From Antedon mediterranea (lineage: Eukaryota > Animalia > Echinodermata), in NCBI RefSeq assembly GCF_964355755.1, contig NC_092680.1:18609045-18673044 (forward strand): a DNA stretch of 64,000 nt, in the 5' to 3' direction. Within the stretch, counting starts at the first letter, position 1. Every line of letters begins with the position of its first letter. This document shows positions 25,101 through 37,451 of the stretch, piece by piece. Both the position numbers and the translations under genes were made by a program. The notes under the pieces are model-generated. The model saw only the letters and a list, made by a program, of their open reading frames with translations, was not told where the DNA came from and searched no databases.

Positions 25101-28100
25101 ATCTATATATTTGAGTAAAAATATATATAAAATCCAAAGAAAAATCAATTTTACAAAGGAAAATATATTATTTATCTTATAAAATTGTGAAAAAGTCATA
25201 TATGTAGCAATACTTTTAAAAAAGGTGCTTATTTCATGATGCTTATTCTGCTTCACTAAACATTAAGTGGGATCATTCAATGTTGTTGCAAAGGGTTATG
25301 TTTTATAGCAATAGAAACTTTAAACCTGGAGCTACACTTTAATTAAAGTTTCTGTGCTCGGCGGCAGAACAGTAATTTTGCCTGAACAAGCTGTCTGCAG
25401 TAGATAAAAACCCCAACAAAATTATCTTTACCCTTTATTCTCCAATCCACGCTGTCTGGTATTTTGTTATCTTTAGCAACGTAGGGCAAACCGTTGTTTC
25501 CGCTCGGTGTGTACAATCTTCCTCGCATTTGTCGTAGTTCATCGTCAAATAGGTCAACTAGGTGGTTTACTTCCACTTTGTAGCTGAGATGCGCACGATT
25601 TGTTGAGTGAATAAACCTAGTAAATCATAGAATTCTCTACTATTAATTAAATGCATCCTTTAATTTTATTTGTATCATGTACCATGCATTGTTTTCTGTC
25701 ATTTAAATATTAATATAGTAGTAGTGTCGACCGTTGTAATTGTAGCTAAAATATTACAAGCGCTGTATTTGTTAATGGATTGCTTGGCCTTCAACATTCG
25801 CTTCTTGATCTAAAGTTTATATATAGAACAGTTAGTAGGTAAGTAATTGATGTATAAAACAATTAATAGAGTACTCAAAATATTCTCCAAACATTCATAA
25901 AACGTGCACCCTTATTTTTGTTTCCTTCTCTTTTAAATTGTTCTGTTTTTGCACATTTTGGCCCTGATGCTGCAACCATGCCCAAGTACTTCTTGGTCAC
26001 TCTGAATCACAACAAATTACCAGATCTCAATAGAAAATTGTTTCAATTGGAAAGTTTATATTTACCGGACATTATTTCTGAAAGTTGATTGCCTCTTTCG
26101 ATGTTCAAATGCATCACTGTATTGCTTATTATGTATATCTTTGTAGGTCTCGTAAAACTTATTGTAACGGTCTCCTTTGTGTGGGCTAAAAATCTCTTGG
26201 TGTGGGTTAGTAATGATATGATGCTCAATACCAGGTCCAGGGAATGAGCCACACTTCAGACCTGTATTTCAATAAAAATTGTTATAACTAACAAAGGGTC
26301 AGGTTTGAAAATTACAATAGTGATAATGCTTGGTCCCTTGGATGCAACACAAGGACGCAAGCACACCGTAATTTGACCTTTATAAATATTATTTTTTATA
26401 TAACACTATTATGCTTTTGGTGGAATGGGATGCGATTTCCAGGCTACTTTTTATGCTCATTGTAAGGCTTATTAAATAAAATAATACAAGTTTCGATTTC
26501 AGCCAAAAAAACAATTAATATCGACAAACTAACAAATAATGACTATTATTGAACACAATGTAATAGATAATAATAGAGAGTGTTAGTCACTAAATGTGTG
26601 CCAAAAAAAACCCCAGTATGTTCGCACCTTTAGGTAAATCAAACGTTGTATCAGGTATCGGTTTAGTACTGTATACATAATAGTCCACGTAATAACGATC
26701 GTAATGGGAACCAATTAATGTGTCATAGCCAATCATTTCATATCGCACAGGTCTTGGTGGTTGGCTCTGTGTCACCATGAATCTGTACGTGTTTGTCTTT
26801 TGGCCTACATCAACAACACTTTTCCAAATGTCTACTTCAACCTCATTTGCAACTCCCTGCCCTGCATACTGTTAAACAAAAAGAAAATTTCCATTGTAAC
26901 AAAAGTAAAATGTAACTATGTTAAAATAAAACTTGTGTTTTCTGCAACTCAATCCATGTATCAACTCTTCATTTCAAAGATACATCACAGTAGAACCTAT
27001 ATTTAGGTGACGCCTATTAAGTGGATACTTTCTTGTGAAACGAACGAGAATGGAACTATATTTGTCAACACTACGGGCCACCCCTATTGAGGAGACACTT
27101 TCCTGTGAAGCAAACAAGGGGAAATATATCTGTAAACACTACGGCCAACCCCTATTCAAGGGTCGCACCCCTATTCAAGGGTCGCACTCCTATTCAAGGG
27201 TTGCACCCCTATCCAAGAGTCGCCCTCCTATTCAAGGGTTGAACCCCTATTCAAAGGTTGCACCCCTATTCAAAGGTCGCACTCCTATTCAAGGGTTGCA
27301 CCCCTATTCAAAGGTTGCACCCCTATTCAAGGGTTGCACCCCTATTCAAGGGTCGCACCCCTATCCCAAGAGTCGCACCCCTATCCCAAGAGTCGCACTC
27401 ATATTCAAAGTTTGCACCCCTATTTAAAGGTTGCACCCCTATTCAAGGGTCGCACGCCTATTCAAGGGTCGCACCCCTATTCAAGGGTCGCACTCCTATT
27501 CAAGGGTTGCACCCCTATTCAAAGGTTGCACCCCTATTCAAGGGTCGCACCCCTATTCAAGGGTCGCACCCCTATTCAAGGGTCGCACCCCTATCCAAGA
27601 GTCGCACTCCTATTCAAGGGTCGCACCCCTATTCAAGGGTCGCACCCCTATTCAAGAGTCGCACCCCTATCCATGATATGTGTTAACACTATGGCCAACC
27701 TCCATTCAGGCAACACCTATAGGGACACTTTCCTGTGAAACAACCAAGGAGTGATATGTGTTAACACTATGGCCAACCTCCATTCAGGCAACACCTCTAT
27801 TAAGGGGGGACACTTTCCTGTGAAACAACCAAGGGGTGATATGTGTTAACACTATGGCCAACCTCCATTCAGGCAACACCTCTATTAAGGGGGGACACTT
27901 TCCTATGAAACAACCGAGGGGTGATATGTGTTAACAATATGGCCAACCTCCATTCAGGCAACACCTCTAGGGACACTTTCCTGTGAAACAACCGAGGGGT
28001 GATATGTGTTAACACTATGGCCAACCTCCATTCAGGCAACACCTCTATTAAGGAGACAGTTTCCTGTGAAACAACCGAGGGGTGATATGTGTTAACACTA

Positions 28101-31100
28101 TGGCCAACCTCCATTCAGGCAACACCTCTATTAAGGAGACACTTTCCTGTGAAACAACCGAGGGGTGGTATGTGTTAACACTATGGCCAACCTCTATTCA
28201 GGCAACACCTCTATTAAGGAGACAGTTTCCTGTGAAACAACCGAGGGGTGATATGTGTTAACACTATGGCCAACCTCCATTCAGGCAACAGCTCTATTAA
28301 GGAGACAGTTTCCTGTGAAACAACCGAGGGGTGATATGTGTTAACACTATGGCAAACCTCCATTCAGGCAACACCTCTATTAAGGAGACACTTTCCTGTG
28401 AAACAACCGAGGGGTGATATGTGTTAACACTATGGCCAACCTCCATTCAGGCAACACCTCTATTAAGGAGACAGTTTCCTGTGAAACAACCGAGGGGTGA
28501 TATGTGTTAACACTATGGCCAACCTTCATTCAGGCGACACCTCTATTAAGTGGACACTTTCCTGTGAAACAACCGAGGGGTGATATGTGTTAACACTATG
28601 GCCAACCTCCATTCAGGCAACACCTCTATTAAGGCAACACCTCTTTGTTTGGTCCGAGGTACAAACATGTGTAGAATAGATAGACAGCTTTGTTCATTTT
28701 CAAAATCAGATACTGTACCTACACTACAATAAGATAAGGAATAAACCAAAGTAAAAGTAAATATCAATAGTATGATGAACTTTGACCCATAATACAGTAT
28801 TTCAGATAAGCTAAATGTTGCCAGTCTAGCCATTTTACATCTTTATTGGAGGCATTGACACACAACAAGCAACACCTCCAGTCATGCATATGTTATTTTT
28901 CCTACTTCCTAATAATTTCACAATACTTTCATTTCTTTTGTTCATTGTATCATGGAGGAAAAAATCTCCATGATTGTATTTTATTCACCTACATTTGTTA
29001 AATCAAACATGTGTACCACGACATACAATCAATCATCTTATGTTTTGATTTATAGCAAATTAGTGACATAAAATTAAAGTGAAAATAAGTTATTCTCAAC
29101 TTTAAATGTGTAGTTCTAATTACTAATACAAATGCAATTTGATTATTTTCAATGCAGCTTCTTATGTGCTAGATTTCATTTTTGTTTCGCTCTACACTAG
29201 AGATACAATGCTGTACAAAACGGAAAAATTGTGGTGGCTTGAGACATTGCGTTTCCACCACAGTTTGTTGGTGTTCGAGCTGGAAGGATGTCATAAGTAC
29301 ATCGGCATAACAAAGTCATAAACTAATAACTGTAATGCCACAATTGAGCTCCAATAAAGATGTAAAATGGCTTTAGAGTGGCGAAATTTAAGCTTATCTG
29401 AAATACTGTATTATGGGTCAAAGTTCATCATAATAATGATATTTACTTTTACTTTGGTTTATTGCTTTATATTAAGTGTAAATATCTGATAAATGAACAA
29501 AGATGTCAAGTTAGAGAGTTGACTGGGTATAAGTTTAGTATTGTGACTAGTTGCAGTAATAACCTCCAGCCTTCCTAGTTTATTTCTAAAATATTATTTC
29601 TTTATATTAAAATCTAGTGATCTGACAGACACGATTTGCTCTTCTCTCAAATACTCTCACTCATAATCTGTCAAATTTTGACTTTACTTTATATGTATTT
29701 TATTTGTTTTCTTTCATTTAATATTATTCTATCTGTTAGTTAGTTTACTGTTAATATCATATTCAATTGTATTATCAAGGGGTCATCATGAAGCAAGCTT
29801 ACTCTTCCAGCAAGGGCCTGAGATAAAAAATAAAGGTGTGTCAAATGTAGGCTACTTGTATAGCTACAATAAACAATAATAATTAAGTTACTTCTCCTAA
29901 ACATTTTGAGATACAAACACAAACTTACATTGAAGTCAGAGACATCAGGAATAAAACTCTGAATAGAGACAGCACCGTCTTTTGTCCCATTCATCTGAAA
30001 GCATCCCGTTTCTACTTTACCTGTGACGGTTTCAGGAGAAATAGTGTAGGTGACGCCATAGTCAAAGCCAGCATTCTTTTCAAAGAGGTAAGTCTTGTCC
30101 AAACCTACAAAAAATTAAAAAGTAAAGTCAGTTTATTGTTTGGTTATTGCCAGGCTCTTACAAGCTAATAGTAGGCATTCACATTTGAATTTGAACAAAA
30201 AAATGAATGTATGAAAATACAGATATTAAGTGAAATTTTCCTTTTATAAAAGTTGGCTCTCTCTTACATAAATGCACAAGCTCTTTCCTTTCTAACCGGG
30301 AGCTTTTGATTTGAAGTTGAGGTAGTATTTCTTTTAGGCCTTTTTTTTATTATCCAGCAAAGGATCAGAGAGGGAAAGGTGTGCAGAAGTGCATCACATT
30401 GCATGATTGCTATGTGTCAGACGATGAACATCGACATGTCGACTCACCTAGGTCTCAAATCAAAAGCTCCCTATTCATTCTTCCTTCAATTTTTTGTTAA
30501 TAAAGATTATTAATAAAGTATTGGTATAATACTATATTCCTATACATTTTTACCATTATAGAAGGAAACCAGGCTCCTTTTGGTCTTCACATCATAGTAA
30601 ATAGAAAACTCCTCCTTCAATTCAGCGTACGGTAATTGCAGAACACCAGAGGCATAGTAGCTTCCTGTAAATGCTGGCTTGGGAGGATCTGCTTTCACTG
30701 ATAATGAACCTGTGGAAAACAACAACGTTTGACATTAATACATCTTCACCTGATAAAGTGTGTCATTGTTTTAACACTAAAAATGATTACCATTGCACAG
30801 GAAACGGAAAAGTTATTATATTTGGTTAAATATCTATTGTCCACCAAACAAAAATAAAGGTGGAAACAAACTTATAATATTCTAATCCATTTTTGTTTTC
30901 GGACAATTATATCTTTTAAAGACTAGCTCCAGGTATAAAATTTATATTTATGATAAAATATAAACCAACAACATTGATAACGCCATTAATTGTCAGCGGT
31001 AAAGAAAACAAGTTTTGTGAAATAAGCCTTTTTCAAACAAGTGGTGCTATAAGAATATGTTGTAATGTTATACTATCGGAAATTCACCAAAATTGAATGT

Positions 31101-33167
31101 CATTTATGTAAATTTAAGTTTGCTTTTTTGGGAGAAAAAAAAGTGTACAAATAAAAAGACAGGGAAATATAATTTTAGAATTAGTTACCCAGTTAATACT
31201 TGTAAGTCATTGAAAATCGGTATAAGCCTACACGGCACAGTGCGTCGTTTAAACGTTGGTGGCGCCACAATCAATACAATTTAAAAATGTAATGCTTTTA
31301 TTCACATTCCTTTCATACTGTATTTGCTTGTATTTGTTTACATACAAATAAAGAAAGCTCTGTCTACACTATCAAACTAGTTTGACAAAAACGTATGATG
31401 ATAGACAGAGCTTTGGATTGGTGTATAGTATCATGTGACTTGACTCCATAAAACACATACAGATAAAAGGTAATCCTTTGTTTCACATTCTATTCCAACA
31501 ATGGCTATTTCACTCTTCCTGTTGTACAGTAGGCCTACTTCCTCAATTGATGATTATAGCATAGAGAAATAACTCCATGGGTATGGTATATTCACAAACA
31601 TGTCTAATCAGACAAGTCTTTTACTTATCTATGATTTCTAGACAATTATCTCTCCCTCCCACATATTCCTGGAAAACTAAATAATTAGTGTGGTATATTT
31701 TGCCTCGGAGGTATTTATCCCTAATACTAAATAGTGGTTAGATGTCCAAGGTGTAGTGTTTTTTAAGGGTTTAGTTTTCCTAGAATGTAGGATTTGTTGT
31801 TTGTTTCCCAGGGTATAATTTTCCCTGGGGATTTTTCCGGATGGTACAGTAGCTGTCTGTGTGATTTATGGTGAAGTGTCTGGATATGGCAGGTTATTTG
31901 TATGGGGTAGACATTATGTTGGGTAGAATTCCTCTCACTTTATGGATCATTTGCATGTTATCTAGGAAAATCAAATGCGATTGTATTGTTCAAAATGGAA
32001 GAATCTTGTCAGAAATTTCATAAAGGTCCAAGTTCCAGAAAAACATGCCACTGCACCTAGCTAGGTACTGTATAGGCACAGTACTTAAAATTGGCATACA
32101 ATTACATCACCTTATTGCATGCTCTGTTCTTCTACAGTACTGTGTACAGTGGTTAAAATATTAGTAAATGATAAATATTTTGGAACACATACCATTTCAT
32201 ATGCATAATACTATGCTATTTTACAGACAAAAATTTAAAAGCTGACTGGTGGACTGACAATAATAATAATTAATAATAAAACAATCACTTTACTTGGATA
32301 AGTCTAGCTAGTAACAAAATATGATGAACCATCCTGGGAATTCCTTTAATTTTGGTACATGATGCAAGGACATAATACAATATTGCAACGCATTCAAGTG
32401 ATTTGACCAATCACAATCAATGGATTATTCGAACAGTCGCTTGTCATTGGTTACCTTGCTTGCATTGCGTCTACGTCCTTGCGTCTCTAGTCGGAACCAA
32501 GCTGTAATGCAGTGTTACTTTCTTGTTGACATAAAAGTTTGCGGTACACCACATATATAATTTCGATCAATATACACGATCATTGGATTTCGCCATGCAA
32601 ACCTTCAAACAGTAGTATTTTTCTTAACAACTCATCATATTCCTATCAATTAATTATTAAATACAGTTTTGTAATGTATAGCATGGAGTTTATTCTTTAC
32701 TCCATGTGTATAGTTAAGTTAGTAAGTAAGTACATACAAAGAATTATTTGTTGATTAGATAGTAGTTTCTAGCCAAGTAAAACTAAATGTAAGTAGCTAT
32801 CTTCTGTCCTTGTTGGTGGTATGGGTATCATAGTAGCCATACCAAAAAAGAGAGATTATGTGAGCAACACTGAGACTCTGCTTACTAGCCTACTACCTAC
32901 CTGTTCTAGTTACTAAGTTAGTACTAGGCCTACTGTCTGTCGATAGACCCTACCTACTACTACTACTACTACTACTACTACTTACTAGCTTATTAGGGCC
33001 TAGCTAGTTTAGCTTAGTTAGGCTTAGTTAGCTGGGTTAATTTGGTTTGGTTGCTACAGTACAACTACAAGACAACGTGTAATGTCTAACTACAGTACAG
33101 TTATTAGAATTTAATACTAACCTGATAGGTCCACTAACAAAACAAACAAAACTATTACACACTTCAT
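22156..33167 (-). CDS. Papain-family (C1A) cysteine protease of the 26/29-kDa proteinase / counting-factor-associated protein D type, 10 exons, about 545 aa
   Basis: GT-AG, phase-consistent exons: 33167-33122, 30709-30554, 30104-29929, 26868-26628, 26261-26066, 25616-25432, 24984-24893, 24397-24236, 23747-23558, 22349-22156 (sum 1638 nt). Signal peptide [16 protein letters not shown]; N-terminal extension with [11 protein letters not shown] and CGSFPGPG; I29 prodomain; catalytic motifs [14 protein letters not shown] and KNSW. Confidence 0.93.
22442..22570. mobile_element. About 130-bp MITE with TIR AGCTCTGTCTACACTATCAAA; family member
   Basis: TA-AAGCTCTGACTACAC ... GTGTAGATAGAGCTT-TA. Related full or partial copies at about 6353-6490, 24448-24575, 31355-31412, 42282-42413 and 55457-55525. 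Confidence 0.8.
22623..22924. mobile_element. piggyBac-like non-autonomous element
   Basis: TTAA|CCCTTTGAAGACG ... CGTCTTTAAAGGG|TTAA: TTAA target duplication with CCC/GGG termini. Confidence 0.8.
22989..23496. mobile_element. Kolobok-like non-autonomous element
   Basis: TTAA|AGATGTATTGTGCCTT ... AAGGGACAATACATCT|TTAA: TTAA duplication with AG..CT termini. Confidence 0.75.
27147..27672. repeat. 19-bp minisatellite (CCTATTCAAGGGTCGCACC, about 27 copies) inside a pogo-like MITE starting at 26988
   Basis: Period 19 is directly visible. It produces the spurious repetitive ORFs in three frames. Confidence 0.95.
27675..28643. repeat. 83-bp tandem repeat (about 11.5 copies)
   Basis: Unit GATATGTGTTAACACTATGGCCAACCTCCATTCAGGCAACACCTCTATTAAGGAGACA(G/C)TTTCCTGTGAAACAACCGAGGGGT, for example starting at 28001 and 28084. 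Confidence 0.95.
28684..29507. repeat. Long inverted repeat (arms about 28684-28851 and 29349-29507) with a spacer of about 500 bp; foldback-like element
   Basis: AATAAACCAAAGTAAAAGTAAATATCA..TATGATGAACTTTGACCCATAATACAGTATTTCAGATAAGCT..GCCATTTTACATCTTTATTGGAG is present as its reverse complement in the right arm. Confidence 0.85.
30298..30471. mobile_element. Short MITE with 17-bp TIR GGGAGCTTTTGATTTGA
   Basis: Perfect inverted termini GGGAGCTTTTGATTTGA / TCAAATCAAAAGCTCCC. Target duplication is unclear. Confidence 0.65.
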
Positions 33168-33899
33168 AACAAAAACTCGATCCTACACTCTCTTGACAAC
33201 AACAAGCTGCACTGAAATTTAAAAAACAGTGTGTGCACATCACGTGGATTACAGCACGTGATAGGAGGAGCAATAAATCAGGTGCATTTTCTGCACGTGG
33301 TATGGGGCGCCGACATGTAATGCAATACAGTGAGCATTGTGTAGACACAATTTTTACTTTGCAGAAATTATATTATATAGTTTGAGAAGAAACTATGTTC
33401 AGAATTTTCGCATAGTTAGAAAGGATAAAATGTTCAGTCTTCGAAAAAACAGAATTCAATTTTATCTTTGAAATAGCCTACGCGTGGCCCTGTAAAAAGT
33501 TTTTTCAGAAGTAATTCAAACTAAAAATTGAACAAACAAAATAATAAAAAAAAATTGACAAAATTAGCCTTAATTAATTTATTTATTTTCTAAATAGAAG
33601 TAGTGCCTTCTATTCATAATAATAATAAACCCTTTTTATCATGGAGGTCTATTTTATACCTCCATGCAGCATGCTTTTTCATTAGGCCTATGTCTCTCTG
33701 CGCTCTGCATGCTAGTTGCATGTGCATGACGTCACGTAAGTTCCGCGTTTTGCGTAAATGCGTTGCTCGTACCAACGAGTTGCCACACAACTCCATGCCA
33801 ACAAGAACATTCTGTCTTTGCCTTTGCTAAGACAAGCACCTTCACAATTTCTCAGTGACTATTTGAAATTAAACTACGAAATTTTCTAGTAGGCCTAAT
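33168..33899. promoter_or_regulatory. Divergent (head-to-head) promoter region of the cathepsin and STMND1-like genes
   Basis: Start codons are about 730 bp apart. Three CACGTG E-boxes (33241, 33255, 33294), a CRE TGACGTCA (33727-33734), and X-box-like GTTGC..CAAC motifs (33762-33776, 33779-33791). Confidence 0.6.
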
Positions 33900-35615
33900 A
33901 TGGGATCGTGTTATTCTAAAATTAAAGTCAAACCTGACGCAAAAGATGATAAAAATCATCAAACAAGGAAAGAAGTGAAAGAACGCAAAAAAGTAAATCG
34001 AATTCTTAGGTTTTTCCAACGAAGATCAAACAAAGTGGGCGTCATGCCAGAGGTAGATTTTTGTATTTTGTATATTTGGCTATTGTCAAGTAACGTGCAT
34101 GTACACTTTACCATACAGTTGTGTTAAATATTTGTTAGGGCTGCATGCCAAAATAAAATAAAATATAGGCCTAATGTATTCTGTCTAACTTGTTTTGTTT
34201 TGTAGAGAGGCTTACGTAAATCTTGCCCACCAAATTTTCCACGGTGCCGTTATTATTTTTCTGTTCATTTTTCTTTAATCAGATGTTCCTTTATAATTGT
34301 TTTTCTACAGAGTGATTCAGAAACCAATCTTTCTGATCATGCATCTTTGATGAGCCATGACGAAAGAGTGAATGAAGAACTACTAAGATTAAAGGATGGA
34401 AACTCAACTGGTAAGACAAAAGGAAACTATAAAAAAATAAGAAAAATGATACAAATGAATAATATCGAATATGATTACATTTATTGTAAACATACATTAT
34501 ATTACAAATAATCCATTTTCTTCTTTTCTTACTTTTAGCAAACATTGTTCCAACTCGTCGACTTCCACCTATTGGTAACCAAAGTATGCCGACTCTTAGA
34601 GACAAGAGCACCTTCCAGATCTTAGAAGAGCTAAGAATGTCTGGTGTCATCGTGAACCCAAGACCTGGACAAAATGGATGCTCCTTTGACATTTTGGATG
34701 GAGTCAAACCTGTATTAGAGATGCCACGGTCATTGTCCAGACTCGAGCGACAAACAGACGACGAGAACAATGGAAGAGAAACTAATCTTACTTGGAAGCT
34801 AACAGCAGCCGAAAAGAGACGAAAAGTAAGAATACTGATATCAACCAAATATTGACATCCTAGCATAAGCACTACTCTTTATTATCATTGTCGTCATTAT
34901 CAGTATCTCCATTTCAATCATGACGACAGTCAACAGAGTCACCAATGTTTTAACTCTTAATACCTGCTTTACCATACTATAATAACAGACAGATTGTTGC
35001 TTTAATTTTAGGAGTTTCTTCTTAAAAGAAAGCAATCACTTAAGGTACGAAAGACCACAGCATTCCAACAAACACTTTCGGAAAAACGAGAGCTCCAGGA
35101 TATGCAAAACCAAGCGAAACAAATCGCAGCCGAGGAAAGAAGACAGGTATGCAGACTTAGGTTCTTCAGTTTAAATAAAAGTGTCTGTATTCAATAATAA
35201 TAATAATAATAATGTGATAGAGTGAAGGGGAATTTTTCAGTCAAAGAATGCAGTTTATTTCAAAAGTTGATTTTTCCCGAGTTTAAAGCTCTATAAATTT
35301 TTTTCATTTTAGAACCAGCTTCTTCAAAAGACAAAGAAAGTGAATATTGAGGATGTCAGAAAAAGATTTGATCGCATTGACGATAAAATCAGAGAAAATG
35401 CACAGAAAGTACTTAAGGAGAAGGAAGAGACTTGTAGACTAGTGATGATGAAGAAGGAGCACAGGCAGATAATTACTTGTATGGCCACAAACCAGCATCA
35501 GAGAGCTGTTAGGTACAGGAAACGAGATAGGATTGAACAAGAGAGGTTGGATTTGGAAGTTGAAGTAGAAAAAGACAACACTTACTTTGCACCGGAAGAA
35601 CATTATGATCTTTAA
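33900..35615 (+). CDS. Stathmin-domain-containing protein (STMND1-like), 5 exons, about 325 aa
   Basis: Exons 33900-34052, 34311-34410, 34539-34825, 35012-35146 and 35313-35615 (978 nt, GT-AG, phase-consistent). N-terminal MGSCYS acylation-type motif; STFQILEELRMSGVI..NGCSFDI..PRSLSRLE..KLTAAEKRRK resembles the STMND1 stathmin domain; further AAEERR coiled-coil follows. Confidence 0.78.
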
Positions 35616-37451
35616 ATTTATCATTTGAAACAAACTTTTACACGTTCAAAGTATCAGCTACCCAGATATTTCAGACAAGCTCAATATAATGTTATATAAT
35701 ATGTATATTTTTTTTTTATCTCGTGAAATAAATTATAACGAGTTTTATTTATATCCATTGTTGTTGATTTGTTCTCATTTTTATAAAAGGTGAAAGATGT
35801 ATTACGTGAAACAAATATCTAAAGTTTGTCGCGGGGTCCTTTCGATTTTATATATGGATGTAATACCGAAATAATTTTTAATTTAAATAATTAATGTTAC
35901 CTCGTATTGTTCAATAAGAGGGTCCCGTACCTCAGGTAAAGGGGCCTGCATCATCATCAGCACTCGAATCACATAAATCATTGATGCAAAAACCATTTTA
36001 CTGCAAAATAAAGTGTTTATTCACCTCCAATAGCTTTGCTATTTTAATTACTAAACACGCCAAAACAAAACAAAGCAGAAAGTGCCTGAATACGCAAGCG
36101 CAGAACACTATTATTACATCACACATTGAAATCTGCCATCATGTTACAATCTTTATAATATTACTAAATTAAAAGTTACTAATTAGCAATGGAAGATTTT
36201 GCCTATATTAATTTTGTAATTGAAAATCTATTTACCCAAATTTATTAAACATCGGTGAGTGAAATTTAAAAAAGTTCAATCAATGGGATATACACCAATT
36301 ACAATAATTCAACCGTAACCAAAATACTAATTTACCGAATCTTTGGTTTCCTAAATAAATGACATAACATAAAAGGGTTTTAAACTATACATTAAAGTCT
36401 ATAGTACGTTCATTGATGCCCAATTATCTAGTTTAATAATTGGATGACCTTTGACATATTTTGATTGATTGATTTATAAATGGTCTTAGTCTAAAAGTAT
36501 ATGCAAAATGTTGAGAAACATATTAACATAAACCTGTAAGCATTTGCATATATTATTTTTATTTAAGCTGTTAATAATACAACTCTATAAAAAAAGACCA
36601 ACATTGTATTGCAATATCAATTAAGCATTCCTAATGCATCATTTTATATCCCAAAGCGTAAAGTAAAAATGCTTAACTACTAAGGCCATCGCAAGAAAGG
36701 AAAATATAAAAAAAAACTTAAATTCATTAACAAACAAAAATTAATATTTTATTCCTAAACACAAATGCACACAATTTTAATTAGTACTCGGCTGTTATAG
36801 ATCACTGCATAGTCCCCACTTAACAGAGATCTAAAATTCAACAAGTATTTCAAAATGAAAAACAGAAATGCCAGAATTCAAGGAATTAAGTCCCCACTTA
36901 TCCTAGAATCTGGCTTTTTAAATTTATCTGAATATTCCAGAAATCAAATTATTATGATCAACACATGTACCAGAAATATAAAAGAAAAAAAAAGTGTTTA
37001 TTTAATATCTTTGTTGACATTTTTACTTTTGCAATTTTAGACAAAAATAAGGGAAAAAACGAAATAATATACTTGTTACCTTATATTAAAAAAACATCTT
37101 AAATTCCATAATTTAAACTATGAATAAATTTAATACAGTTATTTCTAAAAAAAAATCTACACAGTATACATTTGAATAATCTGAAAATTGTACAATAAAA
37201 AAATCAAATACATAGGTACTGTATTATTTCAATACTTTCTAAATATACAAATAAATCTAAATATATAATGGCAATATTAGCCATATAATAATATTTTTCT
37301 TTTTATTCCATAAGAACATAATATTTTCATGATAATACACATAGGTGAAATAGTTGCAAACATATTATTTAACATACATATAAAAATCTATTTAAATTGT
37401 TATCACGCGCAAGATTGTGGAGTTAAAGAATTTATTTCGCTTACTTTAATT

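Noticed and set aside
27035-28833. Overlapping repetitive ORFs ([18 protein letters not shown]; [14 protein letters not shown])
   Set aside because: Frame-cycling translations of the 19-bp and 83-bp tandem arrays within a cathepsin intron.
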